Positions 10,602-20,759 are shown, counted from the first letter of the stretch. The stretch is 64,000 nt of DNA from an uncultured cyanobacterium (GCA_963793265.1 CAWBZI010000005.1:256001-320000), one strand, 5' to 3'. Made by a program: numbers and translations. The notes: generated from the letters alone by a model not told the origin.

Positions 10602-10847
10602 TTTAAGCTGCCAGCTCCGATTGAGGATTGAGGCGATCGCCTGACGCGGCATACATACCTGCCTGGTGACGCTCCAAAGCTGAATCGCCTCCGTAGGCGT
10701 ATTAATCATGACCTGTAAGGGTTCAAAGCTTTTGCACTGGGCCTCAATGCCTAGCGACTGTAAACGATGGTAAACTTGCCAGCGGTCTTCGCAGTCAACG
10801 GTTAGCGCAGTGGGCAACTCTGAATTTGTAGCGTGAGATAAAGACAT
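10581..10847 (-). CDS. Small conserved cyanobacterial protein (Asr1405/Asl0597-like)
   Basis: DRWQVYHRLQSLGI...AIQLWSV pattern; typical neighbour of dps in iron clusters. Confidence 0.65.
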   Translation of the reverse strand: MSLSHATNSELPTALTVDCEDRWQVYHRLQSLGIEAQCKSFEPLQVMINTPTEAIQLWSVTRQVCMPRQAIASILNRSWQLKSHVRDL

Positions 10848-11286
10848 ATAAGAGAAGTCGCTTGTGCTGACTGTGTGGTGGACTACGGTGAAAAAATAAA
10901 CTGTTTCAAACAATAATGAGAAAAGCTTCTGTTAGCTAAACATAAGTAAATCGTATGACTATAAAAGAATTGTTATCAGTTCCCGATATTAATCACGTCA
11001 TAACTAGAAGATAGTTTCAATAACTAATTTCAATGGATATAAGTTGAAAACGCTTTGAAGTCTTCTTATCAAACCGGTTTGAGCACAAAACTCGCGACTT
11101 TTAATGAGAGTTTGTGTCAATCAGACATCTTATGATCCCTTATTCATCAGTGGTTTCAGACATCTGCAAGCAAGCTATACTGACGCTATGAGGCATCTGA
11201 TATCTATACTGCTGAACGCCTTTGTTGTCTGACATCTCTACTGTTGAGAAATTTCACCCGACGCTAACGATAAGGAACGCTATAAC

Positions 11287-11841
11287 ATGCCTATTTCATC
11301 CGCTGTCATTACACCTTTTGGTCAGGTTGCTGACAACGCTATCTTGCTTGAGAAGACGGTAACCGAGCCGGTTACTGAAGGGTTAAATGTTGCGTTGGCA
11401 AGCCTGCAAGGTCTTTATATTCAATATCAAAAACACCATTTTGTTGTTGAAGGCGCTGAGTTTTACTCACTGCACCAGTTTTTTGAAGAGGGCTACGATG
11501 CAACTAAAGGTCACGTGCACGACATTGGAGAGCGCTTAGATGGCTTGGGCGGCGTACCGGTCGCTAGCTTTTCAAAACTAGCTGAGCTGTGTGCTTTTGA
11601 GCAAGAGCCTGACGGCGTTTTTAGCTGCCGTACCATGGTAGAAAACGACCTAAAAGCCGAGCAGTCTATCATTAAGGTGCTGCGCCGCAATGCGTCTCAA
11701 GCTGAGAGCTTGGGTGATAGAGCCACTCGTTACCTATACGAAGGCATTTTGTTAAAAACAGAAGAGCGCGCCTATCACTTAGATCATTTTCTCGCCTCCG
11801 ATACATTGGTTACCTCCCAGTCGATAGTCAACTTAAACTAG
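11287..11841 (+). CDS. dpsA: Dps/DpsA DNA-protection ferritin-like protein
   Basis: [13 protein letters not shown]...LHQFF...HVHDIGERL. Confidence 0.9.
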   Translation: MPISSAVITPFGQVADNAILLEKTVTEPVTEGLNVALASLQGLYIQYQKHHFVVEGAEFYSLHQFFEEGYDATKGHVHDIGERLDGLGGVPVASFSKLAELCAFEQEPDGVFSCRTMVENDLKAEQSIIKVLRRNASQAESLGDRATRYLYEGILLKTEERAYHLDHFLASDTLVTSQSIVNLN

Positions 11842-11855
11842 AGAATGCGTCCCTT

Positions 11856-11897
11856 ACACTAAAGACAGAACACTAAAGACAGAACGCTAAAGATAGG
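11856..11897. repeat. 14-bp tandem repeat, three copies
   Basis: acactaaagacaga, acactaaagacaga, acgctaaagatagg. Confidence 0.8.
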
Positions 11898-11961
11898 ATG
11901 GAGCATTACAGGCGCTCTTCATCTGCCTTGTCCAATCTCTACTATTTTGAGTTCCGTATAG

Positions 11962-11992
11962 AGCAGAAGCAATCCGAAGGTTTCTGCTTTTT
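11962..11992 (+). terminator. Rho-independent terminator of dps
   Basis: agcagaagc...gtttctgct hairpin followed by a T-tract. Confidence 0.65.
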
Positions 11993-12220
11993 CATTGGCT
12001 GCTCTTCGCTTTTTTCTCTACTTTTCCTAGATAGGAATTGATATCATCAGTCTATTTATAAATCTAGTTGATAACCAATGTCAAGAAGATTTTACGACTT
12101 TGTAAGAAAAAATTTAAGCCGCGCGGTACATGCTAAACCCTTGCTTAAGGAGGATGATAAAGGGATAGGCTTTTTGGCCTGTTAGTTTAGCTGTGTCGGC
12201 TGCGTCGGCATTTTCCGTCC

Positions 12221-12874
12221 ATGACAAAATCTAGTTCCAACCGCTTCAACTGCTCAGGTCGCTTTTTATCCTTTGCTCCGGGTAAAAAGTCTCCTTATCA
12301 GTACGTCGTTTTGGAGGTGGCTTTTGCTAGCAGTGCGCTCAAAAAGCAGGATGCCGATACTCAAAAGTTTCAAGTCAAGCTCGGCAAGTCGCTCAGGCAA
12401 ATGATATTTACCTACCTTGAACCGCACGATTGGGTGAGCGTGGAAGGTAAGTACAAGCTAGATTCGAGCAGTGGTGAGGTGACTTGGAAGGCGAGTGACA
12501 TTATTAAGCTGTCGCCTAAGCAAATAGAAAAGGTGAAGGCCAAAGCGGCCAAGCAGAAATTGAAGGGCGATCGCGCAACGAAAGACCTAGAAAAACAGGA
12601 GAAGAGAGGAAAGTCAAAGCAGAAGTCTGCAAAGCCTGCACGCGTTTTAATCTGTCAGAAGTCTAGCTGTCGCAAGCGCGGGAGTATGGCGGTGAGCCAG
12701 GCGGTTGAGGATGCGCTAGCTGAGATGGGCTGCGAAGATAAGGTGACGGTTAAGCACACGGGATGTATGAGCCACTGTAAGGCGGGGCCCAATGTGGTGG
12801 TGTTGCCGAAGGGGGGAAGCTACAAGCGGGTGAAGCCTAAAGATGCGCGATCGCTCCTCGAAAACGTCGTATAG
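12221..12874 (+). CDS. IdiC-like thioredoxin-fold (2Fe-2S) ferredoxin domain protein
   Basis: CQKSSC...GCMSHCKAGPN; located between dps and a Crp regulator. Confidence 0.8.
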   Translation: MTKSSSNRFNCSGRFLSFAPGKKSPYQYVVLEVAFASSALKKQDADTQKFQVKLGKSLRQMIFTYLEPHDWVSVEGKYKLDSSSGEVTWKASDIIKLSPKQIEKVKAKAAKQKLKGDRATKDLEKQEKRGKSKQKSAKPARVLICQKSSCRKRGSMAVSQAVEDALAEMGCEDKVTVKHTGCMSHCKAGPNVVVLPKGGSYKRVKPKDARSLLENVV

Positions 12875-12890
12875 CACTCGCGTGTATTTC

Positions 12891-13505
12891 TCACGCTTGA
12901 AATGCACGCCTGTACACAATTTTTTCGCGCTTGCCCCATTTGATTTTATGCTCCTGCTCTAGCGCTTTAAGCAGTCGAGTAACGGTTACGCGCGTTATGC
13001 CAATTGATTCTGAAATCTCTTGATGGGTGAGCTTGATTTGGCTCATATAGTCTCCTTTCTCTAAAGGGCGACCAAATCGTTTTGCAATCCAACAGATAAA
13101 AAGCCGTAGTCGTTGCTCTGCGTTACTGCAATGAGAGATCTGTAGCAGTTCATTAGACTGTCGAATCTGAGAAAGGAGCATGTTGCGAGAGAACGGAGAG
13201 GTAGCGCCTAAGTATTCTGCGGTGACAGCCGAGAGGCACTGCGCTTTGTAGGGGTCGGTTTGTGCGATCGCATACCCCACAACGTCCTTCTCTTGCCAAA
13301 ATCCTAACGGCACAAACTCGCCTTCTGAATCCCAAGTGAGCGTACGCACATAGCCGCTGTGGATCCGCCATAAGCCGTGATTAGGCAAGGCTAAAGACTC
13401 ATGACGCTTAAACTTAAAGATCTTTGGTTGTTGATGAATCTCTGACACCGTAGAGCCAAACATATTAGTGGTAGCAGGTGCAGAGACTGTATTTAGATAG
13501 GTCAT
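12891..13505 (-). CDS. Crp/Fnr family regulator, IdiB-like
   Basis: HTH LTHQEISESIGITRVTVTRLL; iron-cluster context. Confidence 0.85.
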   Translation of the reverse strand: MTYLNTVSAPATTNMFGSTVSEIHQQPKIFKFKRHESLALPNHGLWRIHSGYVRTLTWDSEGEFVPLGFWQEKDVVGYAIAQTDPYKAQCLSAVTAEYLGATSPFSRNMLLSQIRQSNELLQISHCSNAEQRLRLFICWIAKRFGRPLEKGDYMSQIKLTHQEISESIGITRVTVTRLLKALEQEHKIKWGKREKIVYRRAFQA

Positions 13506-13529
13506 AATCGTGGGTTGAATACGGTGTAC

Positions 13530-14363
13530 TTAATACAGCGGGCTCACTTGAGTGATTAGACGGTTGTTTGAACTTTGATGAGTGATATTGTTTGCTGCGC
13601 TACTGTTTGGATCTATCACATTCTTCCAGTGCTCACGAATTACACTCGCGACAGTTGCAGCATGGTAAAAGTGGAAGAAATGGTTGCCCTGAGGACAATT
13701 CCAACGGCGAAATGATGACGAAGCAGCTTGATCTGAAAGCATCCAGCTATTCCACATTTCTTTGTTTTGAGTGCTGGTGATGGCATCGTGATCGCCATTG
13801 CAAACCAGTACTGGAACGTTCAGGCTGCTAGCAGGAATGCGGGCGTGATGGGCCAAAGAATGAAGCGTAAGGTTGCTGTCTAAGTCTTTTGCGAGCAGTT
13901 GAGAGAGGGCTTTGGCAAATCGAGCGGGCTGCTCTCCAAACAACAGCCGGGTCATTTGGGCCAATACCATCTCTCGGCTACAGGGCAAGAGTTGCCTGAG
14001 CGCGTAGTAGTGAGCCTGCCAGTTAATAGCTGGGCGAGCGGCTACCGATAGCATTGTCAGCGAGGCCACTCGCTCAGGATAGCGACGCGCGTACATCATT
14101 CCTACAATGCCACTGACGCCGTGACCGACTAAGTGAACTTTGTACTGGCTACTACCTGAAGTTCTCTCTAGCTCGCTGCGGCTGTCTAGATAGCCATGTA
14201 GCGCATCTACAACCGCTTCAATAGAGCAGGGTTCATCTATGGTTTGGCAGTATTCCCATCTTCTAATGGGCTCTGTTTTGACAAGCTGCGAGAGCAGCCT
14301 TTGGTCAAAGCCTTTCAGGTAAGGACTTACTGACAGCCAAAGGACATTAGGGTCAGAGGTCAT
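13530..14363 (-). CDS. Alpha/beta hydrolase-fold protein
   Basis: HLVGHGVSG elbow (nucleophile Ser absent), GDHD, GNHFFH. Confidence 0.75.
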   Translation of the reverse strand: MTSDPNVLWLSVSPYLKGFDQRLLSQLVKTEPIRRWEYCQTIDEPCSIEAVVDALHGYLDSRSELERTSGSSQYKVHLVGHGVSGIVGMMYARRYPERVASLTMLSVAARPAINWQAHYYALRQLLPCSREMVLAQMTRLLFGEQPARFAKALSQLLAKDLDSNLTLHSLAHHARIPASSLNVPVLVCNGDHDAITSTQNKEMWNSWMLSDQAASSSFRRWNCPQGNHFFHFYHAATVASVIREHWKNVIDPNSSAANNITHQSSNNRLITQVSPLY

Positions 14364-14386
14364 GAATAAAGTTCCGTTGTTTTCTT

Positions 14387-14458
14387 ATTGAATATAAATC
14401 TCGATAGCCGATTGATGCGAGTATACCGTAGATTCCGTTAATAGGAAATACTTTCAAT
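14387..14458. promoter_or_regulatory. Two Fur-like boxes upstream of the hydrolase-idiB unit
   Basis: ATTGAATATAAATCTCGAT (14387) and AATAGGAAATACTTTCAAT (14440). Confidence 0.45.
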
Positions 14459-14512
14459 AAAAATTGCAAACCGTTAGCAGATGGATTAGCCAATGAACCC
14501 TATATATCCTTC

Positions 14513-14542
14513 AAAAAAAGCGGCTCCCACAACGGAAGCCGC
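14513..14542 (-). terminator. Terminator of futA
   Basis: gcggct...agccgc stem with an A7 tract (U-tract on the minus strand). Confidence 0.65.
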
Positions 14543-14585
14543 ACTCTTTGGTACAAGATTTTTAATCGTTGTTGCTCTTTAAAAT

Positions 14586-15650
14586 TTATTCCCAGCCCAC
14601 TCTGTCCATGAGCTTAACGGCCTCAGCCTGATTCTCTCCATAGACAGAAACGTTTACAGCATCGTCTTCAAAGGTACCAAACCCTTCAACGACAGGTGCT
14701 AGCGCTACCCCAGGCACCACAGGATATTCGTTGTTGCCCTTTGCAAAGAATTCTTGAGCTTCGGTACCTGACAAGTACTCTAAAAACTGTTGGGCGGCAT
14801 TGGCATTAGGCGCTGAGGCAACCACGCCTGCGCCGCTGATGTTGACGTGCGTTCCTCGGCCCGCTTGGTTAGGAAAGAAGACGCCTATCTTGTCAAAAAC
14901 AGATTGTTTGGCCGCGTCACCTGTGTTGTCGTAGCGGGGTAGATAGTAGGTGTTGGCGATCGCAAGTTCCCCGAGCCCTGCGGCAACAGCTTCGATTTGT
15001 GCGCGGTCATTTCCTTCGGGCGATCGCGCAAAATTACGCACAAGCCCACGCGCCCATGCTTCCGTTTCGGCCAGCCCATTTGTCTCGATCAAAGCAGCCA
15101 CAAGCGACTGATTGTAGATATTATCTGAAGAACGAACAAGAATTTTGTTACGCCATTTTGGATCGGCCAAATCCTCGTAAGTAGATAGATCCGCAGGATC
15201 GACCTTTGTTTTGTCATACATAATCACGCGAGCCCGCTTGGAAAACCCAAACCACTTACCATCAGGGTGGCGCAGGTTTTCAGGGATAGTTTGAGTCAGC
15301 ACAGTAGACGAAACTGGCGCGAATATACCCGCTTGATCAGCTCGCCACAACATGCCAGCATCCACGGTCATAAACACATCGGCCGGACTATTAGCACCTT
15401 CGTTTTTGATCCTTTCAAGCAGCTCATCGGCCTTGCCCTCTAGCAAGTTGACTCGAATTCCAGTGAGATCAGTAAACGTCTCGTATAGCTCGTCGTCGGT
15501 ATTGTAATGACGAGAAGAATAGAGATTGACTTCACCCGTTTGGGCTCCGGGCTGGGCTTTAATCGCACGTGGGCGCAAAACTTGAGTGGCGGCAAAAGCT
15601 GCAGTTGCTGTAGCGCCACGAACTATTAGGGATCGTCGTGAAAGCTTCAT
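14586..15650 (-). CDS. futA: Fe(III) ABC transporter periplasmic protein FutA/IdiA (Tat-exported)
   Basis: Twin-Arg [38 protein letters not shown]. Confidence 0.93.
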   Translation of the reverse strand: MKLSRRSLIVRGATATAAFAATQVLRPRAIKAQPGAQTGEVNLYSSRHYNTDDELYETFTDLTGIRVNLLEGKADELLERIKNEGANSPADVFMTVDAGMLWRADQAGIFAPVSSTVLTQTIPENLRHPDGKWFGFSKRARVIMYDKTKVDPADLSTYEDLADPKWRNKILVRSSDNIYNQSLVAALIETNGLAETEAWARGLVRNFARSPEGNDRAQIEAVAAGLGELAIANTYYLPRYDNTGDAAKQSVFDKIGVFFPNQAGRGTHVNISGAGVVASAPNANAAQQFLEYLSGTEAQEFFAKGNNEYPVVPGVALAPVVEGFGTFEDDAVNVSVYGENQAEAVKLMDRVGWE

Positions 15651-15758
15651 AGCGAATCTGTCCTTGTAAATATCGATAAAGTTGAGGGTAATAGCACTCT
15701 ATCACTAATGACATCAATTCTCTTTTAAATATTTTTTTAGCACGGCTGCATAGCAGCT

Positions 15759-15774
15759 TGTATCTGAAGATACA
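15759..15774. promoter_or_regulatory. Crp-family palindrome TGTATC-N4-GATACA upstream of futA (IdiB- or NtcA-type)
   Basis: Perfect GTA-N8-TAC core about 110 bp upstream of the futA start. Confidence 0.5.
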
Positions 15775-16075
15775 CAGACTCAGGGCGAGAAAATTATTGA
15801 CAAATCCCTTTATTCACAAGCTATCTGCAGTATTTTTTCAGGTGGATAAGTAAGACAGCAGGATCTTTCTTATAAATAACTATTGTCATTAACTAAAACC
15901 TAACATAAGGTTAGACCAAGCACAGACAACCTCGCAGACAAAACAGTAGACGCTATCTCACCGAAACTGCACCTACTGTTTGTTTAACAGATGTCCTCTC
16001 AGACAGTGGCCCGTTGCATACTTTTGCAATGGGCTTTTCTTCCGCTTCTCTTCTTTTCTTCTACTTCTTCTTCTT

Positions 16076-16528
16076 CTATATGCGCTGTTGCCTCTCGCTA
16101 CAGTCTTTGCAAATCCCGTATAGCGTTAGCTGACAGTCGAGCACGTGATAGCCTGCCGTCTTCGCTGTTCTCTCTCCAATCTTTGCAACAGAACTTTCTG
16201 CGAACTCTAACGTCGTATTGCAATATACGCACACAATATGGTGATGATCTCGTAGCGGACGATTGAGTTCGTAATGCTTATGGCCTTCGGCTAGCTCTAG
16301 CTCTCGCAACAGTCCCATATAAACCATCAGGTGCAGTGTTCTATAAACAGTCGATAGGCTGATGCGTTCGCCGTCTTGCTCTAAAATATTATGCAAATCT
16401 TCGGCGCTCAGGTGTTCGCCCTGAGTGAGTTCCATGAAGATGCTCAGAACCTTCTTACGCTGAGGCGTCGAACGATATCCGCGAGTATTAAGTTCGGCCT
16501 TGAGGGCTTGATCCGACAGGAAGGGCAT
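16076..16528 (-). CDS. fur: Fur family regulator (paralogue 2)
   Basis: TPQR, HLSAED, STVYRTL, HHHIVCVYC, CKDC. Confidence 0.92.
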   Translation of the reverse strand: MPFLSDQALKAELNTRGYRSTPQRKKVLSIFMELTQGEHLSAEDLHNILEQDGERISLSTVYRTLHLMVYMGLLRELELAEGHKHYELNRPLRDHHHIVCVYCNTTLEFAESSVAKIGERTAKTAGYHVLDCQLTLYGICKDCSERQQRI

Positions 16529-16852
16529 GATGCATTTCGCATGAACTTAGTAATCATTCTTATTTAGGAGGCCAAAAAGGTCAAGTGATTAAGCCTTATT
16601 TCGACAAAATAAATAGATCCCATTCCTCATAGTGCCTGATTTCAGAATGACTTTCAGCGTATATAAAATCGTTAGAAACTGTGTGGCGAGAGGATTATGA
16701 TTGTCATAGGCTCTGAAAACACTAGCAACTTTTGAAAAAATAATTCGATAGGCTATAGATATTTACTACTGTCTATAGTAGATAATCGATATCAACCCAT
16801 CTATCTATTAAATTGGAATACTTCTCAATCAGATTGTGCGCACTATAAGAAA

Positions 16853-16888
16853 TGCCTTGGACTTTAGCGATCGCTAAAGTCCAAGGCA
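16853..16888. repeat. Perfect 36-bp palindrome centred on HIP1; probable terminator of the upstream fur
   Basis: tgccttggactttagcga|tcgctaaagtccaaggca. Confidence 0.85.
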
Positions 16889-16926
16889 ATAATCAAAACA
16901 CAAATTAATCGCCGAACCCTGAAGCC

Positions 16927-17382
16927 CTAAATCGGCAGAATAGAACGCTGACAGGAAGGACAAACCGCGTGAATAGAAAGCTGGCAGTCAAGTAGCTGAT
17001 ATCCAGATTTCTCAGCGGTTTTTGCCCCGACCTTGAGCACCGAATCGTTTTTGAACTCAATCGTCTTATTACAGCGCACGCAAATAAGGTGGTGATGATG
17101 GTGCGGAGAAGGCTGATTAATTTCGTATCGCTTTTGATCTTCAGCTAGCTCTAGCTCGCGCAAAATACCCATCCGCGCCATCAGCTTAAGATTGCGATAG
17201 ATCGTAGAAAGACCAATCGGTTCGCCCTCGTCTTTGAGCATTCCGCAAAGATCTTCAGCGCTAAGGTGCATACCTTCGGGCAAATTTTGAAACGTCTTCA
17301 AGATAGTTTCGCGCTGGGGAGTCATTCGCCAGCCGCGTTCGTGTAGCTCTGCTTTTAAGGCGGCGGGTGTGTAGGCAACCAT
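16927..17382 (-). CDS. fur: Fur family regulator, FurA-like (likely start 17382)
   Basis: LKAELHERGWRMTPQRE, HHHHHLICVRC, CPSC. Confidence 0.93.
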   Translation of the reverse strand: MVAYTPAALKAELHERGWRMTPQRETILKTFQNLPEGMHLSAEDLCGMLKDEGEPIGLSTIYRNLKLMARMGILRELELAEDQKRYEINQPSPHHHHHLICVRCNKTIEFKNDSVLKVGAKTAEKSGYQLLDCQLSIHAVCPSCQRSILPI

Positions 17383-17421
17383 GAATCGCATCCCCTGCGA
17401 AATAATCAATAACGTTATGCT

Positions 17422-17488
17422 ATTGAGAATGATAGCGAATTCACTGACTATTTGCAACAGTCGTTTCTTATTGAGAATAATATCTAAA
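17422..17488. promoter_or_regulatory. Two Fur-like boxes upstream of the furA-like gene (possible autoregulation)
   Basis: ATTGAGAATGATAGCGAAT and ATTGAGAATAATATCTAAA. Confidence 0.55.
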
Positions 17489-17854
17489 AAAGATCGGTTC
17501 GCAATAGCTCATACGCTAGCTGAATCCCAGGCAGCTAAAGGGAAAGGTCGATTCGAGGCTAAGGCAAAATGAGTGTTCCAAAATGTTTACACAGGCATTC
17601 CGATACGGCAATATAGTGTGTGAAATCCGCTGATGGGAGTGTGTTTCAACTGCTTTGCCGATAGAGCATCGTAAATAGCAATGTATAGGTTTGTCTGAAA
17701 ACGCTCAGAAGCTTTGAAAGCCTGAAATCATGGCGATTGATGATTGATTTTTTGAGACATTCGCAGTACTATTAGCGGGAGCAAATCCCAATTAGGCTTA
17801 TCGCTTTATTTGAATTTGCTGTAACTTCGTGTTTTGAGAGCCAGGCAACGTTTT

Positions 17855-18133
17855 ATGGACAATGCAGGTTTTGAGAGTGCTCGTTGGGATCATTGGCTGC
17901 TGGTGGCGTGCTTTTTGGCGATAGCAACCTCTGGCCTCTGGCTCTCGTGGCAATGGACTCAGGCTGAGCGGCAGCAGCGTAAAAAGTCGAGGCTAGCGCG
18001 TCGCCTGGCGATGGAGGTGCATCCTTTGGAGTCGCGATCGCACTCAGGCCGCTATTCGTCTGGGTATTCGTCTCAAAGAAGCCTGGCTTCGGCGCAATCA
18101 CATTCCCGACAGGGTGGTTCGCATCGTCAGTAA
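17855..18133 (+). CDS. Small single-TM hypothetical protein
   Basis: ATG 17855; hydrophobic WLLVACFLAIATSGLWLSW followed by a basic stretch. Confidence 0.5.
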   Translation: MDNAGFESARWDHWLLVACFLAIATSGLWLSWQWTQAERQQRKKSRLARRLAMEVHPLESRSHSGRYSSGYSSQRSLASAQSHSRQGGSHRQ

Positions 18134-18168
18134 ACAGTAGGCATTCAAAAAAATCAGCAGAAAGCAAC

Positions 18169-18966
18169 GTGCAAATTCAAAAGCCAAAGCATTTGTTTTG
18201 GAAGATAGTCTTAGTGTCTTTGGCAGCGCATAGTTTGTTGCTTCTATTGCCGTGGTACAAACCGTCTGTAGATAGTGAGGTGTCAGACAGCGCCCAGGAT
18301 GCGGTAGAAACGGTTGCGGAAGAGAGTGCGATCGCTATCAGCACCCTCCCAACTTCTTCACAGTCAGGTACTCCGCCATCAAAGCCTCAATCTCAACCTG
18401 CTGCTCCGCCATCACCCACCACTGCACCACCTGTACCATCGGTTGCCGAACCGTTGCCGCAGCCTATACCGCAATCCATCCAGCCGCCAGTTCAGCCACA
18501 GCCAGTTCAACCACAGCCAGTTCAGCCACAGCCAGTTCAAGAGCTACCTATTCAGCCAACCCCCGTTGAGCAGCAAGTGATTGAGCGGCCTACTGAATCG
18601 ATAGCTTCAACACCAGATGACAGCATGGTTGTACAGCTGGGCGAGAATTTTCCTCATCTTTTAGGCGCGCAGTCCGGGTGCTACAACCTGGAAAGCTGTC
18701 ACCGGATCACAGGCGAAGGCACCCATCGGCAGGCAGCGAAAAAACTGATTGAGCAGATGCGACAGCAAAACTATCAGGTAGTTGAACGCGATGACATTGA
18801 GAGCCAGGGGCATCAGGTGTTTGCCGTTACGCCACCGCAAGAGCCTGATAAAACCTACTATCTCAACGTTTTTTCGGACAGCTTGAATAGTGCAGTCTAC
18901 GCAATCACGCTAGAGATTGTAAGCCTTGCAGAACTCAAGCAGCTCAGCGGCCAAGCGGCGCTATAA
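18169..18966 (+). CDS. Membrane-anchored Pro/Gln-rich periplasmic protein (TonB-like N-terminus)
   Basis: TM with SLAAH (SxxxH, as in TonB anchors); PVQPQ repeats; C-terminal domain with GCYNLESC. Confidence 0.6.
   Translation: MQIQKPKHLFWKIVLVSLAAHSLLLLLPWYKPSVDSEVSDSAQDAVETVAEESAIAISTLPTSSQSGTPPSKPQSQPAAPPSPTTAPPVPSVAEPLPQPIPQSIQPPVQPQPVQPQPVQPQPVQELPIQPTPVEQQVIERPTESIASTPDDSMVVQLGENFPHLLGAQSGCYNLESCHRITGEGTHRQAAKKLIEQMRQQNYQVVERDDIESQGHQVFAVTPPQEPDKTYYLNVFSDSLNSAVYAITLEIVSLAELKQLSGQAAL
18487..18540 (+). repeat. 15-bp coding tandem repeat (PVQPQ, about 3.6 copies)
   Basis: ccagttcagccacag units. Confidence 0.85.
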
Positions 18967-18992
18967 CAGTGCTTCTACTATTGCTTTAGACT

Positions 18993-19011
18993 ATTAGGAA
19001 CGATTATCAAA
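18993..19011. promoter_or_regulatory. Fur-like box upstream of futB
   Basis: ATTAGGAACGATTATCAAA, 20 bp before the start codon. Confidence 0.5.
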
Positions 19012-19031
19012 CGATTCCATCGCGTTAGTAT

Positions 19032-20759
19032 ATGCCTCGCCTCAGCTCTCTTACCCCTGCTCAAAAAGACGCTAAGTATGGAGCTGAACGAAGCCAGAAA
19101 TCTCGCGTTTGGGATCGACTGAGCGCTTTGCCGAATGGCTGGGCGATCGCAACCTGGATCACCGCCGCCCTAGTCTTCCTCCCAGTATTAGTCGTTGTCG
19201 GCAGCGTGTTTGCCGATGCCGGAGAAATATGGGCACATCTAGCCGATACCGTGCTGACTACGTATGTGACAAACTCGCTTCTATTAATGGTGGGCGTGGG
19301 CATAGGCGTATTAGTCATTGGCGTAGGCACTGCATGGCTGGTGACCATGTGTCAGTTTCCAGGGGCGCGCATTTTTGAGTGGGCTTTGCTGCTGCCATTA
19401 GCTGCGCCTGCTTATTTGCTGGCCTATACCTATACAGACTGGCTGGAATATTTTGGCCCGGTGCAGACGGGACTGCGATCGCTCTTCGGCTGGGAAAGCG
19501 CCACCGACTACTGGTTTCCGAACGTGCGATCTATCGGCGGGGCGATTGCGATGTTTTCGCTCACCCTCTATCCCTACGTCTACATGCTGGCCCGAGTTGC
19601 TTTTTTAGAACAGTCTGTATGTACGCTCGAAGCCAGTCGCTCATTAGGCTGCGGCCCGTGGCGAAGCTTTATAAAGGTGGCTGTTCCCCTAGCGAGGCCC
19701 GCTATTGCTGCCGGGCTTTCCTTGGCCCTCATGGAAACGCTGAACGACTTTGGCACGGTGCAGTATTTCAGCGTAGCGACCTTTACCACAGGGATTTATC
19801 GAACGTGGTTTGGTATGGGTGAGCGGGTGGCGGCAGCTCAGCTATCGGCCATGCTGATGCTATTTATTTTTGTGCTGATTCTATTAGAGCGCTGGTCGCG
19901 GCGGCAGGCCAAGTATTATCAGGCGAACAATAGCTTGCAAACGCCAACAGCTTATCGGCTCGGCTTTTTTCGCGGCTGGCTCGCGACGTTTGCCTGCGCG
20001 CTGCCGATTAGTTTAGGTCTACTTGTGCCTGGCTTGCTGCTAGGGCTTATGGTCAAAGCTAATTTAGACGATGCGTTGGATAATCGATTTGGGGAGCTAG
20101 CCAGCAATAGCCTGATCTTGGCTGGGATGACCGCAGCGATCGCCCTGGTCATTTCCCTCATCCTCGCTTACGGACAGCGGCTAGACGGCTCTGGCCCAAT
20201 TCGTTTAGGCGTACGGCTCTCAGCGATGGGCTACGGCATTCCGGGCGCGGTAATTGCGGTGGGTATTTTAATTCCGGTGACGCGGTTGGATAATGCGATC
20301 GCCAATGGTGTCAAAGCTATCTCCGGCAGTTCACCCGGTCTACTAATCAGCGGCACCATCACAGCGCTAGTGTTTGCCTACCTCGTCAGATTTCTCGCAG
20401 TCGCACTGGGCTCCGTCGAATCTGGCCTGTCAAAGATTAGGCCGAACTTGGATGATGCGGCTCGCAGCTTAGGCTATACGCCGACCAAAACGCTGATCAA
20501 GATCCACACGCCGCTAATGACGAGCAGCTTACTGACGGCAGTGATGCTGGTATTTGTAGACGTGATGAAGGAGCTGCCCGCGACCCTCGTTATGCGACCC
20601 TTTAACTTCGATACGCTGGCAGTTCGGGTTTATCAATATGCTTCAGACGAACGCTTAATTGAAGCAGCAGCCCCAGCCCTGACCATTTTGCTTGTGGGGT
20701 TGTTGCCTGTGATTGTCCTAAGCTGGCAGATTACACAAAGCCGCCGAACCAGTCGATAG
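19032..20759 (+). CDS. futB: Fe(III) ABC transporter permease
   Basis: Duplicated permease with EASRSLG and DDAARSLG loops; METLNDFG, VDVMKELP. Confidence 0.92.
   Translation: MPRLSSLTPAQKDAKYGAERSQKSRVWDRLSALPNGWAIATWITAALVFLPVLVVVGSVFADAGEIWAHLADTVLTTYVTNSLLLMVGVGIGVLVIGVGTAWLVTMCQFPGARIFEWALLLPLAAPAYLLAYTYTDWLEYFGPVQTGLRSLFGWESATDYWFPNVRSIGGAIAMFSLTLYPYVYMLARVAFLEQSVCTLEASRSLGCGPWRSFIKVAVPLARPAIAAGLSLALMETLNDFGTVQYFSVATFTTGIYRTWFGMGERVAAAQLSAMLMLFIFVLILLERWSRRQAKYYQANNSLQTPTAYRLGFFRGWLATFACALPISLGLLVPGLLLGLMVKANLDDALDNRFGELASNSLILAGMTAAIALVISLILAYGQRLDGSGPIRLGVRLSAMGYGIPGAVIAVGILIPVTRLDNAIANGVKAISGSSPGLLISGTITALVFAYLVRFLAVALGSVESGLSKIRPNLDDAARSLGYTPTKTLIKIHTPLMTSSLLTAVMLVFVDVMKELPATLVMRPFNFDTLAVRVYQYASDERLIEAAAPALTILLVGLLPVIVLSWQITQSRRTSR

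Noticed and set aside
11856..11897. 14-bp tandem repeat as a CRISPR remnant
   Set aside because: Units are contiguous with no spacers, too short, and no cas genes are present
18487..18540. 15-bp repeat (and the 27-bp repeat at ~50600) as non-coding arrays
   Set aside because: Both are in-frame coding repeats explained by the Pro-rich and His-rich loops
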